From the NCBI GenBank assembly GCA_035536955.1, contig DATLNF010000009.1, positions 1 to 40,000 on the forward strand: a stretch of DNA of 40,000 nucleotides, given 5' to 3'. The stretch comes from Mycobacteriales bacterium (GTDB lineage: Bacteria; Actinomycetota; Actinomycetes; BP-191). Made by a program: the position numbers and the translations under genes. A model generated the notes under the pieces. That model was given only the letters and a program-made list of their open reading frames with translations. It was not told the origin of the DNA and searched no databases. Shown here in pieces: positions 8,323 to 16,794 of the stretch. Position 1 is the stretch's first letter. Every line of letters begins with the position of its first letter.

Positions 8323-8412
8323 CCCCCGCTGGGGGGGTAGCGGGGGCCGTCCGGGTCTGGCTCCGGGGGGTTGAGCCAGACGCGCCTGACGCCGGGGGGG
8401 GGTGGCGTCAGG
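8323..8412 (-). ncRNA. 6C-family small RNA candidate (three hairpins with C-rich loops)
   Basis: Three hairpins read on the minus strand. The first has stem 8404-8412/8385-8393 and loop AC9. The second has stem 8373-8381/8355-8363 and loop AAC6G. The third has stem 8339-8346/8323-8330 and loop AC7. The position between the ssd-like gene and the HAD gene matches 6C/B11 of mycobacteria. Confidence 0.65.
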
Positions 8413-8420
8413 ACGAGGGG

Positions 8421-8765
8421 TCAGATCACCGTGCGGTCGCGCTGCAGCGCGGCCATGGCGATCAGGTAGACGATCGTGTAGACGACGATCGCGATCAGCG
8501 CGGTCGCCCAGTAGCGCTGGTCGTTGAAGACGCCGTCGAAGGGGCGCACGAAGACACCCGAGAGCGCGTCGATGGCGCTGACGAACCCGTTCTCCTCGCG
8601 CGCATCGAGCGCTTCGAGGAGCGCGTCGAGCCCGATCAGGGCGACCAGCGCTGAGTAGAGCACGGTGAGGATCGACGCGATCGTCTCGGCCGGAGAGCGG
8701 TGCTCGACGACACGGGTCTCCGCGACCTGGTCAACGGCGTCGTCGACGACGACTCTCCGGACCAT
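8421..8765 (-). CDS. Small integral membrane protein, unknown function
   Basis: ATG at 8765 is preceded by AAGGGGGAG. The 114-aa product has two predicted TM helices (ILTVLYSALVALIGL and WATALIAIVVYTIVYLIAMAAL). Confidence 0.7.
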   Translation of the reverse strand: MVRRVVVDDAVDQVAETRVVEHRSPAETIASILTVLYSALVALIGLDALLEALDAREENGFVSAIDALSGVFVRPFDGVFNDQRYWATALIAIVVYTIVYLIAMAALQRDRTVI

Positions 8766-8857
8766 GGCTCCCCCTTGACTCACTTCACGTGCTTCAGGAC
8801 CTAGACGTACCCGAGGCGTTCCCCGGCAAACACCCCGCGACAACTACGCTTGGCGTC

Positions 8858-9673
8858 ATGGCAGGCGCGGCGTTCTTCGACCTGGACAAAACGGTCATCG
8901 CCAAGTCGAGCACGCTCGCCTTCGGCCGGCCGTTCTACCAGGGCGGCCTGGTCAACCGGCGCGCCGTGCTCAAGAGCAGCTATGCGCAGTTCGTCTACCT
9001 CATCGCGGGTGCGGACGCCGACCAGATGGACCGCATGCGCGACTACCTCAAGCGACTGTGCGCCGGCTGGGACGTACAGCAGGTCCGCGACATCGTCGAG
9101 GAGACGCTGCACGACCTCATCGACCCGCTGGTGTACGACGAGGCGGTCTCGCTGATCGAGGAGCACCGGGCGGCCGGGCGGCACGTCGTGATCGTGTCCA
9201 GCTCCGGCGAGGAGGTCGTCGCGCCGATCGCCGAGATGGTCGGCGCGGACCGGGCCATCGCGACCCGGATGGTCGTCGCGGACGGCAAGTACACCGGTGA
9301 GATCGAGTTCTACGCCTACGGCCCGCACAAGGCCGAGGCCATCACCGCCCTCGCCGCCGAGCAGGGCTGGGACCTCGCCGAGTGCTACGCCTACAGCGAC
9401 TCGATGACCGACCTGCCGATGCTCGAGGTCGTCGGGCACCCGGTCGCGGTCAACCCGGACAAGGCGCTCCGCCGCGTCGCGCTCGACCGAGGATGGGAGG
9501 TGCGCGACTTCGTCCGACCCGTCACGCTGCGGTCGCGCGTCCCGGGCCTGCCCCGCCCGGGCGCCCCGGTCCTCGCCGGCGCGGCCGTGGGCGTCGGCGC
9601 GGCGGCCGTCGGGTGGCGGCTGTACGCCGCACGACGGCGCAGCCGCGCGGCCGGGACCGGTCGCGGAGCGTGA
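8858..9673 (+). CDS. HAD-IB family hydrolase (SerB-like, Rv3661-like)
   Basis: Starts MAGAAFFDLDKTVI (DxDxT motif) and also carries VVIVSSSGEE and YSDSMTDLPML. Start chosen at ATG 8858 within ORF 8789..9673. Confidence 0.9.
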   Translation: MAGAAFFDLDKTVIAKSSTLAFGRPFYQGGLVNRRAVLKSSYAQFVYLIAGADADQMDRMRDYLKRLCAGWDVQQVRDIVEETLHDLIDPLVYDEAVSLIEEHRAAGRHVVIVSSSGEEVVAPIAEMVGADRAIATRMVVADGKYTGEIEFYAYGPHKAEAITALAAEQGWDLAECYAYSDSMTDLPMLEVVGHPVAVNPDKALRRVALDRGWEVRDFVRPVTLRSRVPGLPRPGAPVLAGAAVGVGAAAVGWRLYAARRRSRAAGTGRGA

Positions 9674-9726
9674 CTGATCGCTGACCGAAGTTGGGGGTTC
9701 ACAACCTGGTTCGGTCGGCGTACAAC

Positions 9727-9940
9727 AGCAGTGCGGACAACCGGTGCGGTGGGCGAAGTCCCCCCAGCGAATGCCCGTTCTCGAAGACCTACGTGCACCC
9801 ACGTGCGACCAGCCGCGGGAGGCACGTCGGGGCGAGGAGACGCGCAAGCGCCCGACCACCCCGACGAGTAGGAGCACGCCTGGTAACCGAGGTCTTCGCG
9901 AGTGACGGCGCTCCAGCGGACAGCTGGGGCGCCGTTCGCT
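9727..9940 (+). ncRNA. Structured intergenic RNA candidate in the Ms1/MTS2823 (6S-like) syntenic position
   Basis: A 275-nt non-coding gap lies between convergent HAD and Rv3662c-like genes. Promoter-like elements are TTCACA (9698-9703), a 17-nt spacer, and TACAAC (9721-9726). Nested long-range pairings are 9779-9790 with 9890-9901 (one mismatch), 9808-9812 with 9880-9884, and 9825-9832 with 9859-9866. A 13-bp terminal hairpin spans 9905-9935. The ends are approximate. Confidence 0.4.
9905..9935. terminator. Strong hairpin between convergent genes (bidirectional terminator candidate)
   Basis: ACGGCGCTCCAGC (9905-9917) pairs with GCTGGGGCGCCGT (9923-9935) over 13 bp including one G-U, with loop GGACA. 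It lies 14 nt from the stop of the minus-strand gene at 9949. Confidence 0.5.
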
Positions 9941-9948
9941 GTGCCGGC

Positions 9949-10704
9949 TCAGCCGCGCTCGAGCGCGGCGCAGATCGCGAGACCTTCGCTCGCCCCGGCC
10001 TCCAGCGCGTCGGCGCAGTGCAGCACCCACGGCCGGACGTCCCCCGCGGCGAACCGCGCTGCCGCCGCGGCGTAGGCGGCCGGGTCAGCCGCGTGCCCCA
10101 CCTCGGGGGCCGTCAGCGCCTTCGGGTCGACCCCGCGCGAGAGGAGCACGAGCCGCGCTGCCGCGCGCGCGACCAGGCCGTTGCCCCAGGCGAACGGCTG
10201 CAGGGCGAGCACCTCGCCGTGCACGACGGCCGCCACGACGATCGCCGACGCACTGCTGGGGGCAGTGAGGACATCGGCGAGAGCTGACAGCCGACGGGAG
10301 ACGACGAGCGGGGGCGGATCTCCGACGAGACGGGGACGGCCCAGCTCGGCGGTGGGCAGCGCCGCGGCGGCCGCGAGCACGTGCAGCCGGGCCAGCGCCT
10401 GCAGCGGCGCGCGCTCGAGAACGGGCGCCAGACCGCCGACCGCAGCGCTCACCCGCAGGGCGCCCTGCACGGCGGCGTCGTCGGTCCCCACCGACCCGGC
10501 CCGCAGCGACTCGAGGTCGACGTCACTGCCCTCGAGCGCAGCGGACGCGCGCACCGACCGCAGGCCCGCCTCGACCGAGATCTCGGCGCTGCGTCGTCTC
10601 AGCACGCGCTGGCCGAGCAGCCGGTCGACCTGGGCGCGCGCGGCGGTGACGCGCTCGGCCACGTCGGGCAGGCGCATCAGCGGAGCGAGCAGATCGTCGG
10701 CCAC
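9949..10704 (-). CDS. Fic/DOC-like protein with degenerate active-site motif (Rv3662c-like)
   Basis: This is the C-terminal part of ORF 9949..11379. Start taken at GTG 10704 (or ATG 10677), because the upstream part overlaps the divergent secreted-protein gene. It contains QPFAWGNGLVAR where Fic enzymes have HxFx(D/E)GNGRxxR. Confidence 0.65.
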   Translation of the reverse strand: MADDLLAPLMRLPDVAERVTAARAQVDRLLGQRVLRRRSAEISVEAGLRSVRASAALEGSDVDLESLRAGSVGTDDAAVQGALRVSAAVGGLAPVLERAPLQALARLHVLAAAAALPTAELGRPRLVGDPPPLVVSRRLSALADVLTAPSSASAIVVAAVVHGEVLALQPFAWGNGLVARAAARLVLLSRGVDPKALTAPEVGHAADPAAYAAAAARFAAGDVRPWVLHCADALEAGASEGLAICAALERG

Positions 10705-10788
10705 GACGGGCGACCCTACTGACGGCAGAGCAGGACCGGCCCGCCGTACGCCGAATCGTCCCAGTGACGTCCCAGAGAGAGGTGGCCC

Positions 10789-11283
10789 ATGAGCCGCACC
10801 GGTCTCGGTCTTGCGCTCGCCGCGGCAGTCGTTCTCGCCCAGCCGGTCGGAGCCGCCCCGAAGCCCCAGCTCGTGGACCCCAAGGGCGACTACCCCGCCT
10901 CCGGGGCCGACCTGGTGTCCGCGCTCTTCACCACGCAGAAGGGCAAGGTCGTCGTGGTGGTGGAGTTCGCCGGCGCGCCCAACGCGCCGGTTCCCTTCGC
11001 CTACCAGCTGCGCTTCACGACGGACGAGGGGTGCAACTGGCGCGGGCACTACTTCGGCTCCACCGGCGAGGGCAGCGGCGGGTGCACGGGGTCCGACGCG
11101 AGCCCACCGGCGGTCAAGCTGAAGGGCAACACGATGACCTTCACGATGGCCGCCAAGGGCGCGCTCAAGCCCGGGACCGAGCTCATCGGGATCGCCTTCA
11201 CCTCCACCCCCGGTGGGGTACTCGCCGGGACCCCGGGGGGCGACGAGGGCCGGACGGAGACGACGTACACCGTCGGCAAGTAA
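10789..11283 (+). CDS. Secreted protein of unknown function (Sec signal peptide)
   Basis: ATG is preceded by GAGAGGTGG. The signal peptide reads MSRTGLGLALAAAVVLAQPVGAAP. Codons are high-GC3, and two Cys (EGCNW and GGCTG) are present. Confidence 0.75.
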   Translation: MSRTGLGLALAAAVVLAQPVGAAPKPQLVDPKGDYPASGADLVSALFTTQKGKVVVVVEFAGAPNAPVPFAYQLRFTTDEGCNWRGHYFGSTGEGSGGCTGSDASPPAVKLKGNTMTFTMAAKGALKPGTELIGIAFTSTPGGVLAGTPGGDEGRTETTYTVGK

Positions 11284-11347
11284 CCGCGGTAGCACTCCCG
11301 CCGCGCATCGGCCAAGGTAGGGCGTACGCCGCAGACCTGGAGCCGAC

Positions 11348-13300
11348 GTGACAGACGAGACGCTCGCCAACCTCCTCACCGAGACGCGGCGATTCGCGCC
11401 GCCGGCAGAGCTGGCCGCGTCCGCGAACGTCGACGCGTCGACCTATGACGAGGCCTCGGCCGACCGGCTCGCGTTCTGGGAGCGGGCCGCGCGCCGGCTG
11501 GCATGGGACGCCGCGTGGACGACGGTGCTCGACTGGCAGCCGCCGTACGCGAAGTGGTTCGTCGGCGGGCGGCTCAACATCAGCGTCAACTGCGTCGACC
11601 GGCACGTCGCCGCCGGCCGCGGGGACCGCGTGGCGTTCCACTGGGAGGGCGAGCCGGGTGACACCCGGACGCTGACATACGCCGACCTCCTGCGCGAGGT
11701 CTCCCGCGCCGCCAACGCGCTGACCGAGCTGGGGGTCCGCGCCGGCGACCGCGTCGCGATCTACCTGCCGATGATCCCGGAGACCGCGGTCGCGATGCTG
11801 GCCTGCGCGCGCATCGGCGCGACGCACTCCGTCGTCTTCGGCGGCTTCTCCGCCGACGCGCTCGCCGGGCGCATCCTCGACGCGGACGCCAGGGTCGTCA
11901 TCACCGCCGACGGCGGCTACCGGCGTGGCGCGCCCGCCCCGCTGAAGCCGGCTGTCGACGAGGCGCTCACCCGCTGCCCCGGCGTGCGCACGGTGCTGGT
12001 CGTCCGGCGTACCGGGCAGCAGACGACGATGTCGGACGGTCGCGACGTGTGGTGGCACGACGTGGTCGACCGGCAGAGCGACTCGCATTCGCCCGAGTCG
12101 TTCGACGCCGAGCACCCGCTGTTCATCCTGTACACGAGCGGGACCACGGCGAAGCCGAAGGGCATCCTGCACACGACCGGCGGCTACCTGACGCAGGCGT
12201 CGTGGACGCATCACGCCGTCTTCGACCTCAAGCCCGACCGCGACGTGTACTGGTGCGCGGCCGACATCGGCTGGGTCACCGGGCACAGCTACATCGTCTA
12301 CGGCCCGCTCGCCAACGGCGCGACGTCGGTGATGTACGAGGGCACGCCGGACACGCCAGACAAGGACCGCTGGTGGTCGACCGTCGCGAAGTACGGCGTG
12401 AGCATCCTCTACTGCGCGCCGACGGCGATCCGGACGTTCATGAAGTGGGGCGACGAGTACCCCGCGCGCCATGACCTGTCGTCGCTGCGGCTGCTCGGCA
12501 GCGTCGGCGAGCCGATCAACCCCGAGGCGTGGATCTGGTACCGCCGCACGATCGGCGGGGACCGCGGCCCGGTCGTCGACACGTGGTGGCAGACCGAGAC
12601 CGGCGCGATCATGATCAGCCCGCTGCCCGGCGTCACCGAGGCCAAGCCGGGCTCGGCGATGCGGCCGCTGCCCGGGATCGCCGCCGAGGTCGTCGACGAG
12701 GGGGGCACGCCCGTCGCTCCGGGGGGCGGGGGGTACCTCGTGCTGACGGAGCCATGGCCGTCGATGCTCCGCGGCATCTGGGGCGACGACGAGCGGTACC
12801 GCGACACCTACTGGTCGCGGTTCGCGGGCCGCTACTTCGCCGGCGACGGGGCGAAGCTCGACGTCGACGGTGACCTCTGGCTCCTCGGGCGCGTCGACGA
12901 CGTGATGAACGTGTCGGGCCACCGGATCTCGACGACCGAGGTCGAGTCGGCGCTCGTCTCGCACCCGTCGGTCGCCGAGGCGGCCGTCGTCGGCGCCACG
13001 GACGCGACGACCGGTCAGGGCATCGTCGCGTTCGTGACGCTGCGCGCCGGCGTCGCCGACGGCGACGAGCTCGCCCGCGACCTGCGCGCGCACGTCGCGA
13101 AGGAGATCGGCCCGATCGCCAAGCCCCGCCAGCTCCTCTTCACACCCGAGCTGCCGAAGACCCGCTCCGGGAAGATCATGCGCCGCCTGCTGCGTGACGT
13201 GGCTGAGCGGCGAGACCTGGGCGACGTGACGACGCTCGCCGACCCGACGGTCGTCGAGGCGATCCGCCAGAACGCCGCAGCGCACGCCGACGAGGCCTGA
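11348..13300 (+). CDS. acs: Acetyl-CoA synthetase (AMP-forming)
   Basis: 650 aa with a GTG start, the AMP-binding motif [18 protein letters not shown], and the C-terminal [11 protein letters not shown]. Confidence 0.97.
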   Translation: MTDETLANLLTETRRFAPPAELAASANVDASTYDEASADRLAFWERAARRLAWDAAWTTVLDWQPPYAKWFVGGRLNISVNCVDRHVAAGRGDRVAFHWEGEPGDTRTLTYADLLREVSRAANALTELGVRAGDRVAIYLPMIPETAVAMLACARIGATHSVVFGGFSADALAGRILDADARVVITADGGYRRGAPAPLKPAVDEALTRCPGVRTVLVVRRTGQQTTMSDGRDVWWHDVVDRQSDSHSPESFDAEHPLFILYTSGTTAKPKGILHTTGGYLTQASWTHHAVFDLKPDRDVYWCAADIGWVTGHSYIVYGPLANGATSVMYEGTPDTPDKDRWWSTVAKYGVSILYCAPTAIRTFMKWGDEYPARHDLSSLRLLGSVGEPINPEAWIWYRRTIGGDRGPVVDTWWQTETGAIMISPLPGVTEAKPGSAMRPLPGIAAEVVDEGGTPVAPGGGGYLVLTEPWPSMLRGIWGDDERYRDTYWSRFAGRYFAGDGAKLDVDGDLWLLGRVDDVMNVSGHRISTTEVESALVSHPSVAEAAVVGATDATTGQGIVAFVTLRAGVADGDELARDLRAHVAKEIGPIAKPRQLLFTPELPKTRSGKIMRRLLRDVAERRDLGDVTTLADPTVVEAIRQNAAAHADEA

Positions 13301-13301
13301 C

Positions 13302-13835
13302 ATGAGCCGCGACCTCCTCACCCACGGCCGCGACGAGCGGCCCGCGCGCGCGCGAGCCACTGCGTCGCCGTGGGTGTGCCGCCCGGACCGGCCGACCCGC
13401 GTGCTCGCGTCCGCTGCCCTCGTCGTGGCGGCCGTCGGCGCGCACACCGTCCGCACGTTCGAGCCGGCGCCACCGACACCGGTGCTGATGCGCACGGCGT
13501 CGGCACAGGGCCGGGCGCCCGGAGCGGCGGCGCTGTCCGCCCGCGCGGTCATCTCGGCAGACGGCTCGTTCATCGTCTCGCCGATCTCGCGACCGAGCGC
13601 GCCGGCCGCGCGGCGTGCGGCCGAGCTGGTCATGTCGAAGCAATGCACCAACATCGAGCGGCCGCGGTTCCGGCTGGTCCGCGGCAGCCCGCGGGGCCTG
13701 TCGGCGACCTTCGTCATCGGGCGGGCGACCGAGACGCCGCAGAAGCACGCCGGCTTCCAGCTCCGGCTGACCTGGGACGAGGGCCGCTACGTCGGCGTGG
13801 TCACGGAGGCGTACGGCGGCTGCCTTGCCGGGTGA
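13302..13835 (+). CDS. Membrane-anchored hypothetical protein with Cys-bounded C-terminal domain
   Basis: The ATG lies 1 nt after the acs TGA. GC3 is high, there is one TM helix (VLASAALVVAAVGA), and the C-terminal domain has the form C-x58-C-LAG-stop. Confidence 0.6.
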   Translation: MSRDLLTHGRDERPARARATASPWVCRPDRPTRVLASAALVVAAVGAHTVRTFEPAPPTPVLMRTASAQGRAPGAAALSARAVISADGSFIVSPISRPSAPAARRAAELVMSKQCTNIERPRFRLVRGSPRGLSATFVIGRATETPQKHAGFQLRLTWDEGRYVGVVTEAYGGCLAG

Positions 13836-14292
13836 GCGACGCGTCGACCTCCTGCTCGCAGGTGGGGACAGCGGTACGCCGGCGACTCCGCTCGGCCGGT
13901 TCGGCTCGGCGATCGCCGCCGCCGTCGCGGTCCAGCTGCTGCTCGGCGCGGCAGTCGTGGAGGACCGCCATGACCGCGGCGACGACCGACCGACAGCCGC
14001 CGCGTCGCCGAGTCCGAGGCCGTCGCCGCGGCAGCGCGTGGGCGGCGAGGAGGCTGCGGCGCGACGCCGCGCCGCGCTCCGGACTGCTCGGTTCGCCGCC
14101 GACTTCGAGTGCGCGGACGCGACCGGATTCACCTACGACATCGTCGAGGAGACGGTCGACATCGTGGAGACGGTCATCGAGGCCGGGAACCTGACGGTGC
14201 CGGACGGGTCGCGCCTGCGGATGAAGGTGACGCTCCTACCGGGCGCGACGTCGTACCGGGTGATCACCGCATCGCCCGACTGCCGCGGCTGA
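13825..14292 (+). CDS. Membrane-anchored hypothetical protein, probable paralogue of the preceding gene
   Basis: TTG at 13825 is the only start codon that retains the TM segment (AIAAAVAVQLLLGAAVV). The C-terminal domain has the form C-x56-C-RG-stop. GC3 is high in the 3' half, and the start is uncertain. Confidence 0.45.
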   Translation: MPGERRVDLLLAGGDSGTPATPLGRFGSAIAAAVAVQLLLGAAVVEDRHDRGDDRPTAAASPSPRPSPRQRVGGEEAAARRRAALRTARFAADFECADATGFTYDIVEETVDIVETVIEAGNLTVPDGSRLRMKVTLLPGATSYRVITASPDCRG

Positions 14293-14706
14293 TCACCGGC
14301 CGCGGCGGAGGTCGGCGAACCGCCGCTCCGCGTCGACGAACGCATGCAGCGGGTCGAGGAGGTCCTGGACGGCGGTGAGTGCGACCTCGAGCTCGCTGGT
14401 GCCGGCGGCGACTGCGACGGCGCCGCTCACTCCGGCGGCGGTCTCGGTCAGCGCGGCGGCGCAGGTCTGCCACTCGGCCTCGACCTGCGGGTGCCGCCAC
14501 CCGGCGAGCTCCGCGCGCGCCGCGGCCAGCGACACCTCGAGGGTCTCCGCGCCGACCTCGAGCGGCAGCGGCAGCGACCTCGGCGACGACGGGACGCAGC
14601 GGATCATCGCTCGCTGGGCGAGGTCGACATGCTCCGCGCAGCGCTGGAACGCGGCGTACGCGGCCGCGAGGTCAGGGGCCAGGTCGCGCCGCCGGATGCC
14701 TCGCAT
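14293..14706 (-). CDS. Hypothetical helical protein
   Basis: 137-aa ORF with high GC3 and an ATG start. It converges on the previous gene with no intergenic space. No recognisable motif. Confidence 0.55.
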   Translation of the reverse strand: MRGIRRRDLAPDLAAAYAAFQRCAEHVDLAQRAMIRCVPSSPRSLPLPLEVGAETLEVSLAAARAELAGWRHPQVEAEWQTCAAALTETAAGVSGAVAVAAGTSELEVALTAVQDLLDPLHAFVDAERRFADLRRGR

Positions 14707-14782
14707 GCGCCGATGCTACGGGCGGTTCCCAGCGGGTACGACGACGGCGTCCGCCACCACATCCGACGAGACGCGAGGACCG

Positions 14783-14956
14783 ATGACCGCGCCGATGGCA
14801 CCTCAGCCCGACCCCGACCTCAACGACCTGGGCGAGGGAGCGCTGGCCGAGGCGAACCTCGCCGACGGCGCCTCGGCCGGCGAGGACTCGCAGGTCGACG
14901 AGCTCAACCTCACCCCGGACACGCCCGGCCCGGCGGGGACCGGCGAGGCCGAGTAG
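14783..14956 (+). CDS. Small acidic hypothetical protein (57 aa)
   Basis: The ATG lies after GAGGA. The sequence is MTAPMAPQPDPDLNDLGEGALAEANLADGASAGEDSQVDELNLTPDTPGPAGTGEAE, with nearly every codon ending in G or C. In the ORF track it is hidden inside the longer ORF 14375..14956. Confidence 0.45.
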   Translation: MTAPMAPQPDPDLNDLGEGALAEANLADGASAGEDSQVDELNLTPDTPGPAGTGEAE

Positions 14957-14994
14957 CGGTACGGCGGCCCCGAACGCTGTGGGACGCTGCGGCC

Positions 14995-15897
14995 ATGCCG
15001 GCCGACCGCGACGTCCTCGTGCCGGGCCCGTGGCGGCACCGGGACCTGTCCGCGAACGGCACGCGCTTCCACGCCGCCGAGGCCGGCGACGGTCCGCTCG
15101 TCCTGCTGCTCCACGGCTTCCCGCAGCTGTGGTGGGCGTGGCGGCACCAGCTCACCGACCTCCCGGCGCACGGCTTCCGCGCGGTCGCGCCCGACCTGCG
15201 CGGCTACGGCGCCAGCGACAAGCCGCCACGCGGCTACGACGTCTACACGCTCGCCGCCGACGTGGCCGGGATGATCCGCGCGCTCGGGGAGCGCAACGCG
15301 GTCGTCGTCGGCCACGACTGGGGTGGCCTGCTGGCGTGGGCGGTCGCCACCTTCTACCCGGATGTCGTGTCGCGGCTGGTCATCCTGTCGATGCCGCACC
15401 CGCTCCGGCTGCGGTCGCAGATCGCCGTGGACCCTCGGGGCCAGCTCCGCGCGAGCAGTCACGTCTTCGGCTTCCAGCGACCGTTCGTCGCCGAGCGGCT
15501 GCTGGTGAAGGATGACGCCGCCCGCGTCGGGCAGCTGCTGCGCGAGTGGGGTGGCCCGGGCTACCCCGACCTCGCGACCGAGCGCTTCTACCGGACCGCG
15601 TTCCAGATCCCGAACGTCTCGTACTGCGCGCTCGAGTACTTCAGGTGGGCAGTGCGGTCGGTGGTCCGACCCGACGGCTACCGGTTCGCGAAGCGGCTGC
15701 AGCAGGCAGTCGAGGCGCCCACGCTGCAGCTGCACGGCGCGCTGGACACGTGCATGCTGCCGCGCACCGCGCTCGGGTCAGGGCGGTACGTGCGCGGCGT
15801 GTACGAGTGGCGACTGCTCGACCACGTCGGGCACTTCCCGCCCGAGGAGGCGCCCGACCTGCTCACCGCGGAGATCGTGCGATGGGCGAAGGGCTGA
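14995..15897 (+). CDS. Alpha/beta hydrolase, epoxide-hydrolase-like (EphE-like)
   Basis: Start taken at ATG 14995 within ORF 14344..15897. It carries the oxyanion motif HGFPQLWWAWR, the nucleophile elbow GHDWGG and a C-terminal GHFPPEE. Confidence 0.9.
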   Translation: MPADRDVLVPGPWRHRDLSANGTRFHAAEAGDGPLVLLLHGFPQLWWAWRHQLTDLPAHGFRAVAPDLRGYGASDKPPRGYDVYTLAADVAGMIRALGERNAVVVGHDWGGLLAWAVATFYPDVVSRLVILSMPHPLRLRSQIAVDPRGQLRASSHVFGFQRPFVAERLLVKDDAARVGQLLREWGGPGYPDLATERFYRTAFQIPNVSYCALEYFRWAVRSVVRPDGYRFAKRLQQAVEAPTLQLHGALDTCMLPRTALGSGRYVRGVYEWRLLDHVGHFPPEEAPDLLTAEIVRWAKG

Positions 15898-16409
15898 GCG
15901 ACCTGCGCGACGGCGACCCCGCCCGGCCACGGGACGCGCGGGGCCGGCCTCGGAACACGCGGCCGCGGGACATCACCGGCGCACCGCTCCCACCCGGGAC
16001 ACCGACGCCGTGGCGTGAGCGCCTGGCAGTGCAGGACCGAGAGACCGCGCTGCCCCCCGAGGAGGCGATCGCGGAAGCGCAGCGGCTGATCGTCGGCGGC
16101 GCGCCGTTCTACGCGCACGAGGTGCTCGAGGGCCCGTGGCATCTAGCGGCGCCGGCGGACCGCGCGTTCTGGCAGGGCCTCGCCCAGCTCGCGGTCGGGC
16201 TTACGCACATCCAGCGCGGCAACCGCACCGGGGCCGTGACCATCCTGCGCCGCGCCGCGGGCAACCTCACGGGCTACCCCGACGGTCGGCACGGGGTGTC
16301 GGTCACCCGGCTGGTCGCGACGGCGAGCGCTCTCGCCGAGCGGGTGGAGCAGGCCGGTGTCGCGGCCGTGCAGCCGGCGGACCTCGTGGTGCCGCTGCGC
16401 GACGAGTGA
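15882..16409 (+). CDS. DUF309 domain protein
   Basis: Starts at ATG 15882, overlapping the hydrolase end by 16 nt. The FYAHEVLEGPWH...FWQGLAQLAVGLTHIQRGN region is characteristic of DUF309. Confidence 0.75.
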   Translation: MGEGLSDLRDGDPARPRDARGRPRNTRPRDITGAPLPPGTPTPWRERLAVQDRETALPPEEAIAEAQRLIVGGAPFYAHEVLEGPWHLAAPADRAFWQGLAQLAVGLTHIQRGNRTGAVTILRRAAGNLTGYPDGRHGVSVTRLVATASALAERVEQAGVAAVQPADLVVPLRDE

Positions 16410-16416
16410 GCAGACG

Positions 16417-16773
16417 TCAGGCGGCGAGCGACCGCAGCTCGGCGGCGCGCGCGAGGTCGGCGAGCAGGCTGACGACCACGGCGTGGAGGGAGTCGTCCCG
16501 CACGGGTGCGTCGATCCGCACCGACGCGCGCGTCCACGTCGTGGGACCCGGTCCCGGCTCCGCCGCCAGCGTGAGGACGCCGGCCAGGCCTGGCTCGTCG
16601 TCCAGCCGCAGCTCGAACCTGGTGACGAACGCCTCGGCGGTGCGCAGCGTCGCCTCGGCTCGCACCGAGACCCCGCGGACGTCGGCGCGTGGGGTGCGGG
16701 CGACGGCGGCGACCAGCAGCGCGGTGCTCGTCGGGTCTGCCGCGATCGTGCGCTCGATGGGCTTGCGGGTCAT
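16417..16773 (-). CDS. Hypothetical protein (118 aa)
   Basis: ATG at 16773 is preceded by GGGAGA. GC3 is high and no diagnostic motif was recognised. Confidence 0.55.
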   Translation of the reverse strand: MTRKPIERTIAADPTSTALLVAAVARTPRADVRGVSVRAEATLRTAEAFVTRFELRLDDEPGLAGVLTLAAEPGPGPTTWTRASVRIDAPVRDDSLHAVVVSLLADLARAAELRSLAA

Positions 16774-16794
16774 CGCTGTCTCCCGGGGCCATAG

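Noticed and set aside
8775-8807. TTGACT (8775-8780) as the -35 of a promoter for the HAD gene
   Set aside because: No acceptable -10 (TAnnnT) lies at 16-19 bp spacing. The nearest candidate, TAGACG, is 21 nt away.
11198-13717. 839-aa minus-strand ORF antisense to acs
   Set aside because: acs on the plus strand is unequivocal. The antisense translation is an Arg/Asp/Pro/Gly-rich shadow.
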